64,000 nt of DNA from an uncultured Acidobacteriota bacterium (GTDB lineage: Bacteria > Acidobacteriota > Thermoanaerobaculia > Multivoradales > UBA5704), in NCBI GenBank assembly GCA_963770895.1, contig CAVYRF010000002.1:3616001-3680000 (forward strand), written 5' to 3'. The position numbers and the translations under genes were made by a program. The notes under the pieces were generated by a model that worked only from the letters and a program-made list of their open reading frames with translations, was not told the DNA's origin and searched no databases. Positions 29,430-39,801 of this stretch are shown in pieces. How positions within the stretch are numbered: position 1 is the first letter of the stretch; each line of letters begins with the position of its first letter.

Positions 29430-31241
29430 ATGACCGCGGAAACCGGGTCGGGCGCGGCGACACGGCGCGCACCGCGGTCGTGGGCCAGGCTTGCCGGCTG
29501 GCTCGGCTGGGTGTCGCTCGCCGGGCTGGCCGTCTGGCGCTATGCCGGCCGGGCAGCGGACGACATCTACATCACCTATCGCTACGCCTACAACCTGGCG
29601 GCCGGCCGCGGGCTTGTCTTCAATCCGGGCGAGCGCGTGTTCGGCGTCAGCGACCCGGGAGTCGCGGTGGTGCTGGCAGCGCTCCATCGCGCGACCGGCG
29701 TGGCGATCCCCACGCTGGGAACCGCGGTCACCGCCGTCGCGCTGCTCGCGATCGCCGGCACGCTCCTGGCCGCGGCGCGCCGCGCCGGCCGCGAGGCGGA
29801 GGCCTGGGCGGGCGGCACGCTGCTGCTTTCGTCGGCCTACGTCTGGCTGGGCCAGGGAGCCGGGCCGCTGCCGGCGCTCGCCCTGCTCCTGGGCGCCGCG
29901 CTCTGGGCCGGCGGCGGCCGGGCGCCCGCGGCCGGAGCCTTGGCCGGGGTTGCCTTCTGCTGCCGGCCCGACGCGGCGCTCGGGGCCGGCTGTCTCACGG
30001 TTTTGATTGCCGTCGAGGGGCTGCGGCGGGTGCGCTCGGCGGGGGCCGGCGGCGGGGAGCCGGCTGCGGGAGCGGGAGCGAGCGCGCAAGTGGCGAAGGA
30101 CTGGCCGGTGGCGAAGCATGGGGCGGTTGCGGATGCCGACCTGGCGGCGGTGGGCAGCGGCGCGGCGGTGGGCAGCGGTCCGGCGGCGCGTAGCGGTCTG
30201 GAGGTGCGCAGCGAACCGGCGGCGCGCCGGGAGCTGGCGCTCGCGCTGCTGCCGGCGTTCACCTGCGCCGCTGCGTTCGCCGCGGTGGCCGCGGTGGCGC
30301 TGATCGCCGCCTGGGGCTACTTCGGCCACGCGCTTCCCGAGACGCTCTGGGTCAAGCGGCAGTTCGCGGCGCTCAAGCCGCGGGATTTTGTCGGCCGCGC
30401 CTTCTGGCAGCCGGCGGCGGGCCTGTTCGCGTCGCTCGCCGGGCCTGGCGGCGTGGCGCTGCTGGCGCTGGGCGTTGCAGGCCAGCCGGTCCTGTTCCGA
30501 CACGGCGGCTGGCCCGGACGGCTGCTGGTCCTCGATTCGCTGGTGACGGCCGCTTTCTATACCGCCGCCCGAGTGCCGTACTTTCTTTGGTACACGCTGG
30601 TTTCGGCGGTGGCAGTGCTGGTCGGCGCCTGCCTGCTCGGCGGCGAGCTGGCGCGGCGCGGGATAGCGGGGGGGGCAGACGGGGAGGCGCCGGGGCGGCG
30701 CGGGCGCGGGCGCACGGCCGGCCGAGTTCTGCTTGTCGGTGTCTCCGGCCTGGTCGGGCTGGTAGCCGCCAGCTGCCTGGCCGCGGGCGTGCGTTGGTGG
30801 AGCGCCGGCGGCAACCAGGACTGGCGTCTCACCGCCTATCGCAGTGCCGGAGAGTGGATCCGGGGCCACACGCCAGCCGGCGCGGGCCTTGTCCTCGACG
30901 AGGTCGGCCTCATCAGCTACTACAGCGACCGGCCGGTGCTCGACCTCATCGGCCTGGTGTCGCGAAGCTCGCGCCCCTATGCCGCGGTGGGCGACCCGCT
31001 CGGCGCGTTCCTAGCGGCGCCCACGGAGCTGGTCGTCTTCCACACCTACAACCCGCGCGGCGGCACGCGGCCCATCCACGACCGTCCCTGGTTCGCCACC
31101 GCCTTCGCGCCCGCCGCGGTGCTGGCCGATCGCGAGGCGGGCGCGGAGATGATCGTCTACCGACGCCGGCCGGGCTCAGCCATACCGCCCTCGCGGCCGC
31201 CCCTGCGGCGAAGCACGCCGGCTGATGCGAGCGCGCCGTGA
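29430..31241 (+). CDS. AftB-like GT-C membrane glycosyltransferase
   Basis: ADDIYITYRYAYNLAAGRGLVFNPGERV, RPDA, YFGHALPET, EVGLISYYSDRPVLDLIGLV. Confidence 0.7.
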   Translation: MTAETGSGAATRRAPRSWARLAGWLGWVSLAGLAVWRYAGRAADDIYITYRYAYNLAAGRGLVFNPGERVFGVSDPGVAVVLAALHRATGVAIPTLGTAVTAVALLAIAGTLLAAARRAGREAEAWAGGTLLLSSAYVWLGQGAGPLPALALLLGAALWAGGGRAPAAGALAGVAFCCRPDAALGAGCLTVLIAVEGLRRVRSAGAGGGEPAAGAGASAQVAKDWPVAKHGAVADADLAAVGSGAAVGSGPAARSGLEVRSEPAARRELALALLPAFTCAAAFAAVAAVALIAAWGYFGHALPETLWVKRQFAALKPRDFVGRAFWQPAAGLFASLAGPGGVALLALGVAGQPVLFRHGGWPGRLLVLDSLVTAAFYTAARVPYFLWYTLVSAVAVLVGACLLGGELARRGIAGGADGEAPGRRGRGRTAGRVLLVGVSGLVGLVAASCLAAGVRWWSAGGNQDWRLTAYRSAGEWIRGHTPAGAGLVLDEVGLISYYSDRPVLDLIGLVSRSSRPYAAVGDPLGAFLAAPTELVVFHTYNPRGGTRPIHDRPWFATAFAPAAVLADREAGAEMIVYRRRPGSAIPPSRPPLRRSTPADASAP

Positions 31242-31578
31242 AGAGTTAGCGCGGCCCTGGGCGCAAACCGCTCGGGTATTGTGGCAGCGCCGGCACGGTT
31301 CTGCCGGGGACATTTGCACCAGCTTGGGGTGGGGAGGATTCGCCGGCGCGGTCTGGGTTCGCAGGGCCAGCTGCTGCCCGAGCGCGCACCGCGGGCTCAG
31401 GGATTGGCGAGTGCGCGGTCGATTGGGCAATGATCCTGATGGGGCAAGTGGATAGATCTGGCACTATGGGCCGGAGCGAGAAGCGCACGGGGGCCGCGGT
31501 GCGCGCGAGGCAAGGGCATCGGAGGAGATCGGCGGGAGCTCTTGGGTCAATGCGACAAACCCTTTGAGCATACGCCTC

Positions 31579-31656
31579 ACCTGACGCGCTATGGCGACGT
31601 CAGGCGTTGTCGTCGTCGTGCCAGGCCTCGATCCAGGCTCGAGCGTCGGCGACTGG
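31579..31656 (-). pseudogene. IS3-family transposase remnant (integrase-core C-terminus)
   Basis: Translates PVADARAWIEAWHDDDNA*RRHSASG, resembling the IS3 OrfB pattern ADARxxIEAWRxDYNxxRPHSALG with an in-frame stop. Confidence 0.55.
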
Positions 31657-31720
31657 TGCACCCCGGCTGGCCAAGTCCTTGACAACTGGCCGGATGCCAA
31701 ATGCCGGGCGCGGCGCCGCC

Positions 31721-34576
31721 TCATCGCAGCGCCAGGAGATTGGCGAACAACCGGTAGCCGCCGGGCACCCCGGCCGGCAGCTGGCGGAAGAGCGCCAGGC
31801 CGGTGTAGACATATTTGCCCTTGCCGACGGCTGCCACCAGCAGGCCGCCGCGCTGCTCCGGACCGCCCGGGTCGGCCATGGCGAGCAGCGGCGTCCACGC
31901 CGGATCCCAGGTGTGAGCGAAATAGAGCCCGCGCTCCTGCACCCAGCCCTGCCAGTCGGCGGGGCCGATCCTGTTGGGCACGTTGAACGCCGGGCTGGCC
32001 GGGTCGAGCAAGGTCACCGCCGCGGTCTCGTCCGTCACCCGGTCGTGCGGCCGGGCGATCTCCAGCTTGTAGGGGGGGAAGCCGCCGGTGACGTAGGGGT
32101 ACTGCTGATATTGCACGATCATCAGCCCGCCGCCGCGCACGTAGGCGAGCAGCCGCGGGTTGGCGCGCGCCATGACCGGCTCGCTCTCGTAGGCGCGGCT
32201 GCCGACGACGATGGCGTCGTAGCGGGTGAGGTCGCCGCCGACCAGCTCGGCCGCGCCGAGCAGCTCGACCGGCACGCCGGCTTGGCGCAGAAACTCGGGC
32301 ACCCGGTCGGAGGCGCCGCGCACGTAGCCAACGCGGCGCAGCGGCGGCAGCCTGAGGTCAAAGGCGCTGACCTCGACAGCGGCGTCGTGCGGGTAAGGGG
32401 TGGGCTGGATGTGCGAGTAGTCGAGCACCGGCACCGCCAGGGAGAAACGCGAGCCGTCGTCGAGCACGGCGGCGACAGCCAGCGGGTAGCGTCCCGGCGT
32501 CAGGCCGGCCGGCGGACGCAGGGTCAGCGTCAGGGCGATCGGGTCGCCCTCGTCGTCGCTGGCGGCGGGCAGATCGAAAGGCTGTGGCGGGATCGCCGGC
32601 CAGGGCGTGATCGCCGCGGGGGCCCCCGCGGGCGCCGGGATCGCCGGGGTTCCGGCGGCTGCCGGGGCCGGCGCGGTCATCGTAAGCGTCGGCGGCGCCG
32701 GCGTCACCTCCAGGCGGCCGTGCACCGCCACCCGGCGGTGTGAGGTGAGCACCAGGCGCAGGTTCTTCGGCTCGCGGCGGGCGAGCGGCCAGACCTGCAT
32801 CGATTCGTCCACCGCCACCTCGACCGCCGGCACGATGCGCAGCGGCCGGCGCACCTCGCCCTGCACCTCGTCGCGGTGGATGTGCACGACCTCGCGGGTC
32901 AGCGTCAGCGGCACGCCGTCGAGGGTGAAGTCAAAACGGGCGGTGAGCGGTGGCGGCCCGAACGGCTCGCCGCGCTCGGCCGGACTGGCCTCGCGCCAAT
33001 CGTAGAGGCTCCCCTGAAGCGGCCGGCGCAGGAAGTAGGCCATGCTCGGCAGCGCCGCCGCCGGCACCGTGGGCTTGAGCTCCCACTGCGCCAGCGTCCC
33101 GGGAGCCACCGGCTGCGGCGCTCCGGCGGGCAGCTCCGGGCTCGATGGCGGCGCGACGGCGCCGCCCCACCAGTCGGCGGCCGGCACCAGCGTCACCGCG
33201 GCGCCGGTCAGGGCTGCCGCGCCGCTGTCCCAAAGGCTGGCGCGCACGGTGAACGTCTCGCCCTCCACCAGCGCCTCGCGCTCGGTGGTGGCGTCGAACG
33301 CGAGGCCCGCTGCCACCGCCGCGGCGTCCTCGGCCACCTGGAGCTTCTCGGCGAGCAGCTCGGCGGCGGCCTGCTCGCCGGCGCCGGCAGCGGGGGACGG
33401 CCTGGCGGACCTGGTGCCGCCGGAGCCAGGGGAGTCCTTGGCACCCGCGGTGCCAGCCTTGCCGGCGGCCGGGAACGCCGGCAGCGCCGCCAGCGCGTCG
33501 TCGAGGCGGCGCACGATGTCGAGCAGCGCCGGCAGGGCCTGCTGCGGGCGGGCCGGATTGAGGTGCTCGCGGGCGGCGGTGGCGAGCGCCTCCACCTGGT
33601 CCAGGTCTCCCTCCACCCGGCGGCGCACGGCGGGGTCGGCGATGGTGGCCGCGATGGCGCGCGGCCGGGTGTCGATGCCGGCAAAGAGATCCTTGGCGGC
33701 GACTCCGGCTCCCCCGGTCACCCAGGCGACGCGTGTCTCCTGCGGGCCGAGCGGCTGCAGCAGCCCCATCTCCTGCGATCGGTGCATGCTGCGGCTGGCC
33801 ATGGCGAGTTGGAACACCGACTTGCCGCTCCACGGGTCGATGGCGTTGAGCGGCAGCGTCATGGTGGTGGAAGGGCGATCGAAGAACGTCGAGCGGTAGA
33901 GCGCCTGGGGCGTCCACGGCGCCAGCCCCTCGGCGGCCAGGCCAGGCAGCGCCGCCGGATCGCCGGACGCCGGGACGGCGGCGAAGGCGGTGACTCCCGC
34001 CGCCTGGTGCTGCCCGTGGGTCTTGATCGGCACGTTGGGGAAGATCGACACCACGACCTGCGGCTTGAAGCGCCGGATCACCCGCACCGCGTCCTCGAGC
34101 AGCACCTGCTTGGGCCACTGCCCCAGCGTCTCCTCGAGCGACATGGTGAAGCCGAAATCGTAGGCGCGGGTGAAGTACTGCCGCCCGCCGTCGACGGCGC
34201 GCGCCGCCAGCAGCTCGCGGCTGCGGATCAGGCCGAGGCCGATGCCGAGCTCGGAGCCGATGAGGTTCTGGCCGCCCTCGCCGCGGCTGAGCGACAGGTA
34301 GGCCGCCTCGCCGCCCAGGGCGCGCGAGACCAGGGTGAGCAGCGACGTGTCCTCGTCGTCCGGATGAGCGGCGATGATCAGCAGCCGCCTGTGGACGCAG
34401 AGCTTGGCCAGGGCGCGGTCGAGCGTCGCGCTGCCGCCGGTGACGGCCGGCTGAAGCGGCAGCGGCGCCAGGTTGACGCCGGTGGCCGCCAGCCGGCCGG
34501 CCGGCGGCAGCACCAGCAACGCCGCGACGACGGCCCCGGCGGCACCCAGCAAAGCGAGCTTCGGCCTCACTCTCAT
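31721..34576 (-). CDS. PIG-L/LmbE family deacetylase with C-terminal Ig-like and GATase-like domains
   Basis: AAHPDDED, RGEGGQN, HGQHQAAG, HRSQ, GWVQERGLYF, LFANLL. Confidence 0.9.
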   Translation of the reverse strand: MRVRPKLALLGAAGAVVAALLVLPPAGRLAATGVNLAPLPLQPAVTGGSATLDRALAKLCVHRRLLIIAAHPDDEDTSLLTLVSRALGGEAAYLSLSRGEGGQNLIGSELGIGLGLIRSRELLAARAVDGGRQYFTRAYDFGFTMSLEETLGQWPKQVLLEDAVRVIRRFKPQVVVSIFPNVPIKTHGQHQAAGVTAFAAVPASGDPAALPGLAAEGLAPWTPQALYRSTFFDRPSTTMTLPLNAIDPWSGKSVFQLAMASRSMHRSQEMGLLQPLGPQETRVAWVTGGAGVAAKDLFAGIDTRPRAIAATIADPAVRRRVEGDLDQVEALATAAREHLNPARPQQALPALLDIVRRLDDALAALPAFPAAGKAGTAGAKDSPGSGGTRSARPSPAAGAGEQAAAELLAEKLQVAEDAAAVAAGLAFDATTEREALVEGETFTVRASLWDSGAAALTGAAVTLVPAADWWGGAVAPPSSPELPAGAPQPVAPGTLAQWELKPTVPAAALPSMAYFLRRPLQGSLYDWREASPAERGEPFGPPPLTARFDFTLDGVPLTLTREVVHIHRDEVQGEVRRPLRIVPAVEVAVDESMQVWPLARREPKNLRLVLTSHRRVAVHGRLEVTPAPPTLTMTAPAPAAAGTPAIPAPAGAPAAITPWPAIPPQPFDLPAASDDEGDPIALTLTLRPPAGLTPGRYPLAVAAVLDDGSRFSLAVPVLDYSHIQPTPYPHDAAVEVSAFDLRLPPLRRVGYVRGASDRVPEFLRQAGVPVELLGAAELVGGDLTRYDAIVVGSRAYESEPVMARANPRLLAYVRGGGLMIVQYQQYPYVTGGFPPYKLEIARPHDRVTDETAAVTLLDPASPAFNVPNRIGPADWQGWVQERGLYFAHTWDPAWTPLLAMADPGGPEQRGGLLVAAVGKGKYVYTGLALFRQLPAGVPGGYRLFANLLALR

Positions 34577-34859
34577 ATCGACGGCTCCCCCTGGTTTTCG
34601 GGCCGGCTGCGCCGGCCGGTACAGGCGCGTACTCTAACCCGGTGGTGACACGGTTTACTCCCTTTCCTTCGGCGGCGGCGCTGCTGCGCGGTTTCTATCG
34701 CCGCCGCCCCAATCGCCGCCTGGGCGAGGCCGGTGGCGGGCCTGCTCATCACCGGCCCTGGCGGCATGCGAGTGAACCGGTCGGGGTGCGCTGCGCGTAG
34801 ACTGATGCGACTGCGGAGAGCGAGCCCGCTTGGCCCGCCTAGGAAGGAGTGCAGCCTTC

Positions 34860-35786
34860 ATGATCGCCAACGAGATGACCGGTCCGCCGTGGATCGCCAG
34901 CGAGACGGAGGTTCCATCCGTGGCCGCCGGCGGCGCGGGCGCTCCGCGCGCCAAGGCCGCCGATACGGACGTCCCGTCCGCGACTGCCGGGGGCTCGGAC
35001 GCCGGGGGGCCAGACGTCCCGTCGGCGCCTGCCGGCGGCGCGGAGCCTGCCGCGGCGGTCACTGGCGCCCCGGACGCTGTGCCGGTGGTCGCGGCGGTGC
35101 GAGAGGTGGCGCCGGTGGGCAGGCGGCCGCTGGTGCATCGGCATCATTGGGTGGTGCGGCTGACGCACTGGTCCAATGCGGTGCTGCTGCTGGGGATGAT
35201 CGCGAGCGGGCTGCAGATTTATGGCTCGTATGTGCACTTCGGGATGCGCGGCGGCCCCTACCTGCCCAATCCTTGGGACGGCAAGCCATTTCCGGCTTGG
35301 GCGACGCTGGGCGGGTGGCTGGCCGGGGGCCTCAGCTGGCATTTCTTTCTGGCCTGGCCGTTTGTGCTCACCGGGGTGACCTACCTGGGGTTTCTAGTCC
35401 TGTCCGGCGAATGGCGGGCGCTGCTGTTCCGGCCCAGCGACGTGCCGCGGGCGGTGGCCATGCAGCTGTACTACCTGCATCTCAAAAAAGACCATCCGCC
35501 GCAGGGCAAACATAACGCGCTGCAGAAGGCGGCTTACAACTTCATCATCCTGCTGGGCGCGATTTCGGTGCTGTCGGGGTTTGCGATCTACAAGACGGTT
35601 CAGCTGTCGTGGCTGACGCGGCTCTTCGGCGGTTATCAGATGGCCCGCTATTGGCACTTCTGGGCGGTGTTCCTGTTCCTGGGTTTCATTGTGGTGCACG
35701 TCGCGCTGGTGCTGCTGGTGGATCCCGCTTCGCTGCGCGCCATGATCACGGGTTGGTACCGTGGGAGGTTCCCCAGCCATGACTGA
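34860..35786 (+). CDS. Cytochrome b/b6-domain membrane protein (electron donor partner)
   Basis: VRLTHWSN, WHFFLAW, KHNALQKAAY, WHFW, VHV heme-ligand His pattern; SD AAGGAG. Confidence 0.85.
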   Translation: MIANEMTGPPWIASETEVPSVAAGGAGAPRAKAADTDVPSATAGGSDAGGPDVPSAPAGGAEPAAAVTGAPDAVPVVAAVREVAPVGRRPLVHRHHWVVRLTHWSNAVLLLGMIASGLQIYGSYVHFGMRGGPYLPNPWDGKPFPAWATLGGWLAGGLSWHFFLAWPFVLTGVTYLGFLVLSGEWRALLFRPSDVPRAVAMQLYYLHLKKDHPPQGKHNALQKAAYNFIILLGAISVLSGFAIYKTVQLSWLTRLFGGYQMARYWHFWAVFLFLGFIVVHVALVLLVDPASLRAMITGWYRGRFPSHD

Positions 35787-36510
35787 GCCGCGCGATCTGC
35801 GGCTTTCGCGCCGTGACCTGTTCCGCATTGGGATGGTGGCCGCCCCGGCCGCGCTGTCCGCGGCCTGCTGGGACGGCGGCCCCTGGGTCGGGGCGAAGCT
35901 GCATGCGTTCTCGCGCTTGAACGATTGGGTGAGCGAGAACATCTGGCTGTCCTCGACCCGTCTGGCGCCGCAATATCCCCATTCGCAGCGCACGCCGGCG
36001 CGGGATTTCCCGGCCTACGCCCAGACGCGACCCTACCTGCCGGTGCCCGCCGATCCGGCGCACTGGTCGCTTGCCGTGGGCGGCCTGGTCGCCAAGCCGT
36101 TCCACCTCACCGTGGCGATGGCTCAGGCGCTGCCGCGCGTGACCTACACCGTCAAGCACCACTGCGTCGAAGGGTGGACGGCGATCGCCACCTGGACCGG
36201 GGTGCCGCTCGCGACGATCATCGCCATGGCGCAGCCGACGCCGGCAGCGCGATACATCCGCTTCGACACCTTCGACAACGGCTACTCGAACGGCTGGGAC
36301 CTGAAGAGCGCGATGCATCCCCAGACCATCCTCGCCTACGGCTGGAACGACCGCCCGCTGACCGCGGCCCACGGCGCACCGCTGCGCCTGTACTCGCCCA
36401 ACAAGCTCGGCTACAAGCTCACCAAGTTTGTCAGCGCCATGACCTTCACCGTCGAACGCCCCGGCGGCTTCTGGGAAGACCAGGGCTATCCCTGGTTCGG
36501 CGGCATCTGA
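35779..36510 (+). CDS. Tat-exported molybdopterin oxidoreductase (MsrP/sulfite oxidase-like)
   Basis: Tat motif SRRDLF; HHCVEGW, WTGVPL, HGAPLRL, LGYKLTK, GFWEDQGY. Confidence 0.88.
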   Translation: MTEPRDLRLSRRDLFRIGMVAAPAALSAACWDGGPWVGAKLHAFSRLNDWVSENIWLSSTRLAPQYPHSQRTPARDFPAYAQTRPYLPVPADPAHWSLAVGGLVAKPFHLTVAMAQALPRVTYTVKHHCVEGWTAIATWTGVPLATIIAMAQPTPAARYIRFDTFDNGYSNGWDLKSAMHPQTILAYGWNDRPLTAAHGAPLRLYSPNKLGYKLTKFVSAMTFTVERPGGFWEDQGYPWFGGI

Positions 36511-36702
36511 AACGCCGGCGGTCAGTCTGGTGGATCTCGGCCGCGCCGCCGGTCCCGCCGCGGGTGGAGGCAGGGTTCGCCCGATCGAGCGCGGCCGGAA
36601 GCGCCGCGGCCGCCGGCGGCTGAGCAGCCGCTGGAGCGCGTGCTGGCGCGCCGGGCCGGGCGGAGCCGCGGCCGGATGGGGCGGTATATGATGAAGGACC
36701 CC

Positions 36703-38526
36703 ATGCTGCGGCTGCGTTTTGCCATCGGCGGTGAAGAGCGGGTTTTCCCCCTGGCCGGGGGACGGGTGCGGCTGGGGCGGGGCGGCGAAAACGACATCGT
36801 GCTGGGGGACGTCTCGGTATCGCGGAACCACGCCGAGATCCGCCGCGGCCCCGACGGCTGGACGATCCACGACCTGCAGAGCACCAACGGGGTGGACGTC
36901 AACCGCGTCTCGGTGCGGTCGGCGCCGCTCCGCGCCGGCGACCAGATCACCATCGGCGCCTTCGAGCTGGCGGTGGAAGCCATCTCCGTCGAGCGGCCGG
37001 CGCCTGCTGCCGGGGCGGCTGAACCGCCAGGTCCGGCCTCCGCTGGCGGCGGCGCGGGTGCAGGCCGTCCTGCCGAGGCCGCCGCGACCAGCCGGCCGCC
37101 ACCGTATCCGGCCGGCGCGGGTGCCGTCCGCGACGTGCGCCAGACGCCGCCGGCCGCCGGTCGCGGCGCCGCGGCGCCGTCGTCGGCGGCGATCGACGGG
37201 GATGAACCATTTCTAGCCAACGCCACGATCGTGCGGCCGCTGGCGGACCTGACCGCGGCGTTCGGGCTGCAGGCGGCGGCGCCGGCCGAAGCCGGCCAGC
37301 CGCAGCCGGCAGGGGGCGGCGACCGCGCCGACGCCCACCGGATGCTGGGGTTCCTCGCCCGGCTGGCGCGGGTGCTGCTGGTCGCGGATTCGGTGGACGA
37401 CGTTTTGGTGCGGGTGCTCGACATCGTGTTCGAGGCGCTGCCCGTCGACCGCGGCTTCATCCTGCTGGGCGACGATGGCGGCGACTTGGTGTGCGAGGCG
37501 GTGCGGCTGAAAGACCGCGTCGAGCTGCGCCCCTCCGTCGAGGTGCCGGTGTCGCGCACCATGCTGCGCGCGGTGATGCGCGAGCGGGTGGCGCTGGTGA
37601 CCTACGACGCGCAGTCCGACCAGCGGCTGCGCGGCGGCGAATCGATCCGCCTGCACCAGATCCGCGCCGCGATGTGCACCCCGCTGTGGTCCGGCGATCA
37701 CCTCATCGGCGTGGTGCAGGTGGATACGCCGTTTCATGTCGGCGCCTTCGGCGAACGCGAGGTCGACTTCCTGGCCACCATTGCCAACTATGCGGCGGTG
37801 GCGGTCGAGCGCATCCGTTTCGCCGCCAAGGCGGAGTTCGAAAAGCAGGTGCGCACCCGCCTGGCTCGCTACCACTCGCCGGCCTTGGTCGAAGAGGTGC
37901 TGCGCCAGGGCGAAGCGGGCGCCGATCAGGACACGATCCACCGCCCGCGGGCCGCCGAGGCGACGGTACTGTTCGCCGACCTGGTGGGGTTTACCGCCTT
38001 TGCCGAAAACTCGACGCCCGAAAACGTCGCCGACCTGCTCAACGGCTTTCTCAACCTTTCGGTCGAGGCCATCTTTGCCGCCGGCGGCACCCTGGACAAG
38101 TTCATCGGCGACTGCGTGATGGCCTTCTTCGGCGCGCCGGTGCCGCAGGAGGACCACGCCCAGCGCGCCGTGCGCGCGGCGGTCGAGATCCAGCGCAGCC
38201 TGCACGCCTGGAGCGCCGAGCGCGTCGCCGCCGGGTTGCCGGGCTTCGCCGCGCGGGTGGCGCTCAACAGCGGCCCGGTGGTCGTCGGCGACGTGGGCAG
38301 CGCCCGCCGTGTCGACTACACGGTGCTCGGCAACACCGTCAATGTCGCCGCGCGCCTGGAAGCCTTCGTCGCCCGCCCTGGCGACGTGGTGCTGGGCCCC
38401 GAAACCCACCGCCTGCTGGCAGGAGCCATCGCCACCGAGCCCCTGGGTGAGCTGCGCCTCAAGGGCTTGCAGCAGAAAATCCACGCCCACCGCGTCGCCG
38501 GCATGACCGTCGCCGCGGAAGCCTAG
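36703..38526 (+). CDS. FHA-GAF-class III adenylate cyclase
   Basis: FHA LGR..VSRNHA..STNG; GAF; cyclase LFADLVGFT, DKFIGD, DYTVLGNTVNVAARLE; alternative starts at 36688/36691. Confidence 0.9.
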   Translation: MLRLRFAIGGEERVFPLAGGRVRLGRGGENDIVLGDVSVSRNHAEIRRGPDGWTIHDLQSTNGVDVNRVSVRSAPLRAGDQITIGAFELAVEAISVERPAPAAGAAEPPGPASAGGGAGAGRPAEAAATSRPPPYPAGAGAVRDVRQTPPAAGRGAAAPSSAAIDGDEPFLANATIVRPLADLTAAFGLQAAAPAEAGQPQPAGGGDRADAHRMLGFLARLARVLLVADSVDDVLVRVLDIVFEALPVDRGFILLGDDGGDLVCEAVRLKDRVELRPSVEVPVSRTMLRAVMRERVALVTYDAQSDQRLRGGESIRLHQIRAAMCTPLWSGDHLIGVVQVDTPFHVGAFGEREVDFLATIANYAAVAVERIRFAAKAEFEKQVRTRLARYHSPALVEEVLRQGEAGADQDTIHRPRAAEATVLFADLVGFTAFAENSTPENVADLLNGFLNLSVEAIFAAGGTLDKFIGDCVMAFFGAPVPQEDHAQRAVRAAVEIQRSLHAWSAERVAAGLPGFAARVALNSGPVVVGDVGSARRVDYTVLGNTVNVAARLEAFVARPGDVVLGPETHRLLAGAIATEPLGELRLKGLQQKIHAHRVAGMTVAAEA

Positions 38527-38623
38527 CCAAGCCTGCCGGCCCGGACACACCTCCGGCACCGCCGGCGTTGCGGCCGGGGTGCTGGTCGTTTTCCGCGCTG
38601 GAGGTGTTGGCTGCCTGGGGGGG

Positions 38624-39571
38624 CTAGCGGGCGGTGGCGACGGCCTGCCGGTGGTGCGCGGTGTGGCGCCGCGTGGTGGCGGCGACGACCTGGTGCGCCG
38701 GACGGGAGGCGGCGCCGCGGCTGCGGCGGGCGGCGCGGCGCACGGCGATGCGGCCGGTGTGGCGCGCCACGGCGACCTGAGCGCCGGCACCGCCCTGGGC
38801 GATGCGCAGGCGGCCGGTGCGGGACGAGCGGGTCACGCGCAGGTGGGCGCTGCGCACGACGGCTTCGTCGTCCGTTTCGCGCATGGTGCCCCAGGAGCTC
38901 TGGTGCAGGGCGGCCAGGCGAGCGACGCCGTTGGGGTCGCCGATGGGGCCTGGCAGCAGCAGCGGGTCGGGGAAGACGGCGACGTGGTAGTGCGCCGGCC
39001 AGTGCTCGCGCGTCGCTTCGATCATCCCCTCACCCTCGAGCGCGAGCAGCGTGCTCTCCAGGTATTGGCGGCAGGCGCGGCGCTCGCTGCGGCGCATGTC
39101 GACCGCCATGCCGGTGGGGTGCACCGAGATCGGCGAGGCGTTCCACGGCTGGTGGGTGATCGGCCGCGTCAGGCTGGTTACAACCAGCGGTTCGCCGCAG
39201 CTGGCGCGGTATTCATGCGCCAGCTGCTCGATGAAGACCAGCGTCGCGGGCCGGCAGTAGGGGAAGGACACTTCGTCGCCGGCGAGCTGATAGTCCTGGT
39301 TGCCGCGGGCCGGCACCAGCCCGCCGGCGTCGACCGCCTGCATGACGTCGGCAGGCGTGCGCAGGTAGTCGTAGCCGTGCTGCTGCGCGACCATGCTCTG
39401 GCGTTGCATCGACTCGTGCGAGCCCTGCAGGCTTTGCGCGTCGAGGCGGGCGGCGGCAGGCCAGCCGCCGGAGCCTCCCAGACCGGCAACTCCACTCCAG
39501 GTGATCAAGGCAGCAGCTGCGGCAACGGTGAGGGTGGAGAGGGGGCGGGTCGGGACGCTCTCGTTGGGCAT
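38624..39571 (-). CDS. DUF5715-family secreted putative Zn peptidase (M15-like)
   Basis: Signal peptide; LVVTSLTRP, SVHPTGMAVD (H-x6-D), HYHV. Confidence 0.75.
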   Translation of the reverse strand: MPNESVPTRPLSTLTVAAAAALITWSGVAGLGGSGGWPAAARLDAQSLQGSHESMQRQSMVAQQHGYDYLRTPADVMQAVDAGGLVPARGNQDYQLAGDEVSFPYCRPATLVFIEQLAHEYRASCGEPLVVTSLTRPITHQPWNASPISVHPTGMAVDMRRSERRACRQYLESTLLALEGEGMIEATREHWPAHYHVAVFPDPLLLPGPIGDPNGVARLAALHQSSWGTMRETDDEAVVRSAHLRVTRSSRTGRLRIAQGGAGAQVAVARHTGRIAVRRAARRSRGAASRPAHQVVAATTRRHTAHHRQAVATAR

Positions 39572-39615
39572 GGTACGTGCGCAACTCCTTCAGCGATCAG
39601 AGGTGGCCCAGTCAA

Positions 39616-39648
39616 GCCGTGAAACGGTTACAGTGCCGTAAAACGGTT
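39616..39648. promoter_or_regulatory. Paired operator-like repeats upstream of the DUF5715 gene
   Basis: GCCGTGAAACGGTT (39616) and GCCGTAAAACGGTT (39635), each with dyad CCGT-N3-ACGG, next to minus-strand extended -10 TGCTAGTCT. Confidence 0.5.
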
Positions 39649-39801
39649 TTCGAGACTAGCACACAATCTGTCACAGGAGTCAAATTCAGCTTTGCTGATG
39701 CCCGTTTAGCGACCGCCGGTGCGCCCGAGGGGTATGGCCGGCCACAGCTGGCGGCATCCATGCCGTACCCGGTGCCGCGCGGCAAGATGTAAAAAGGGGA
39801 A

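Noticed and set aside
31431-31460. IS terminal inverted repeat
   Set aside because: No partner repeat or target-site duplication found by eye
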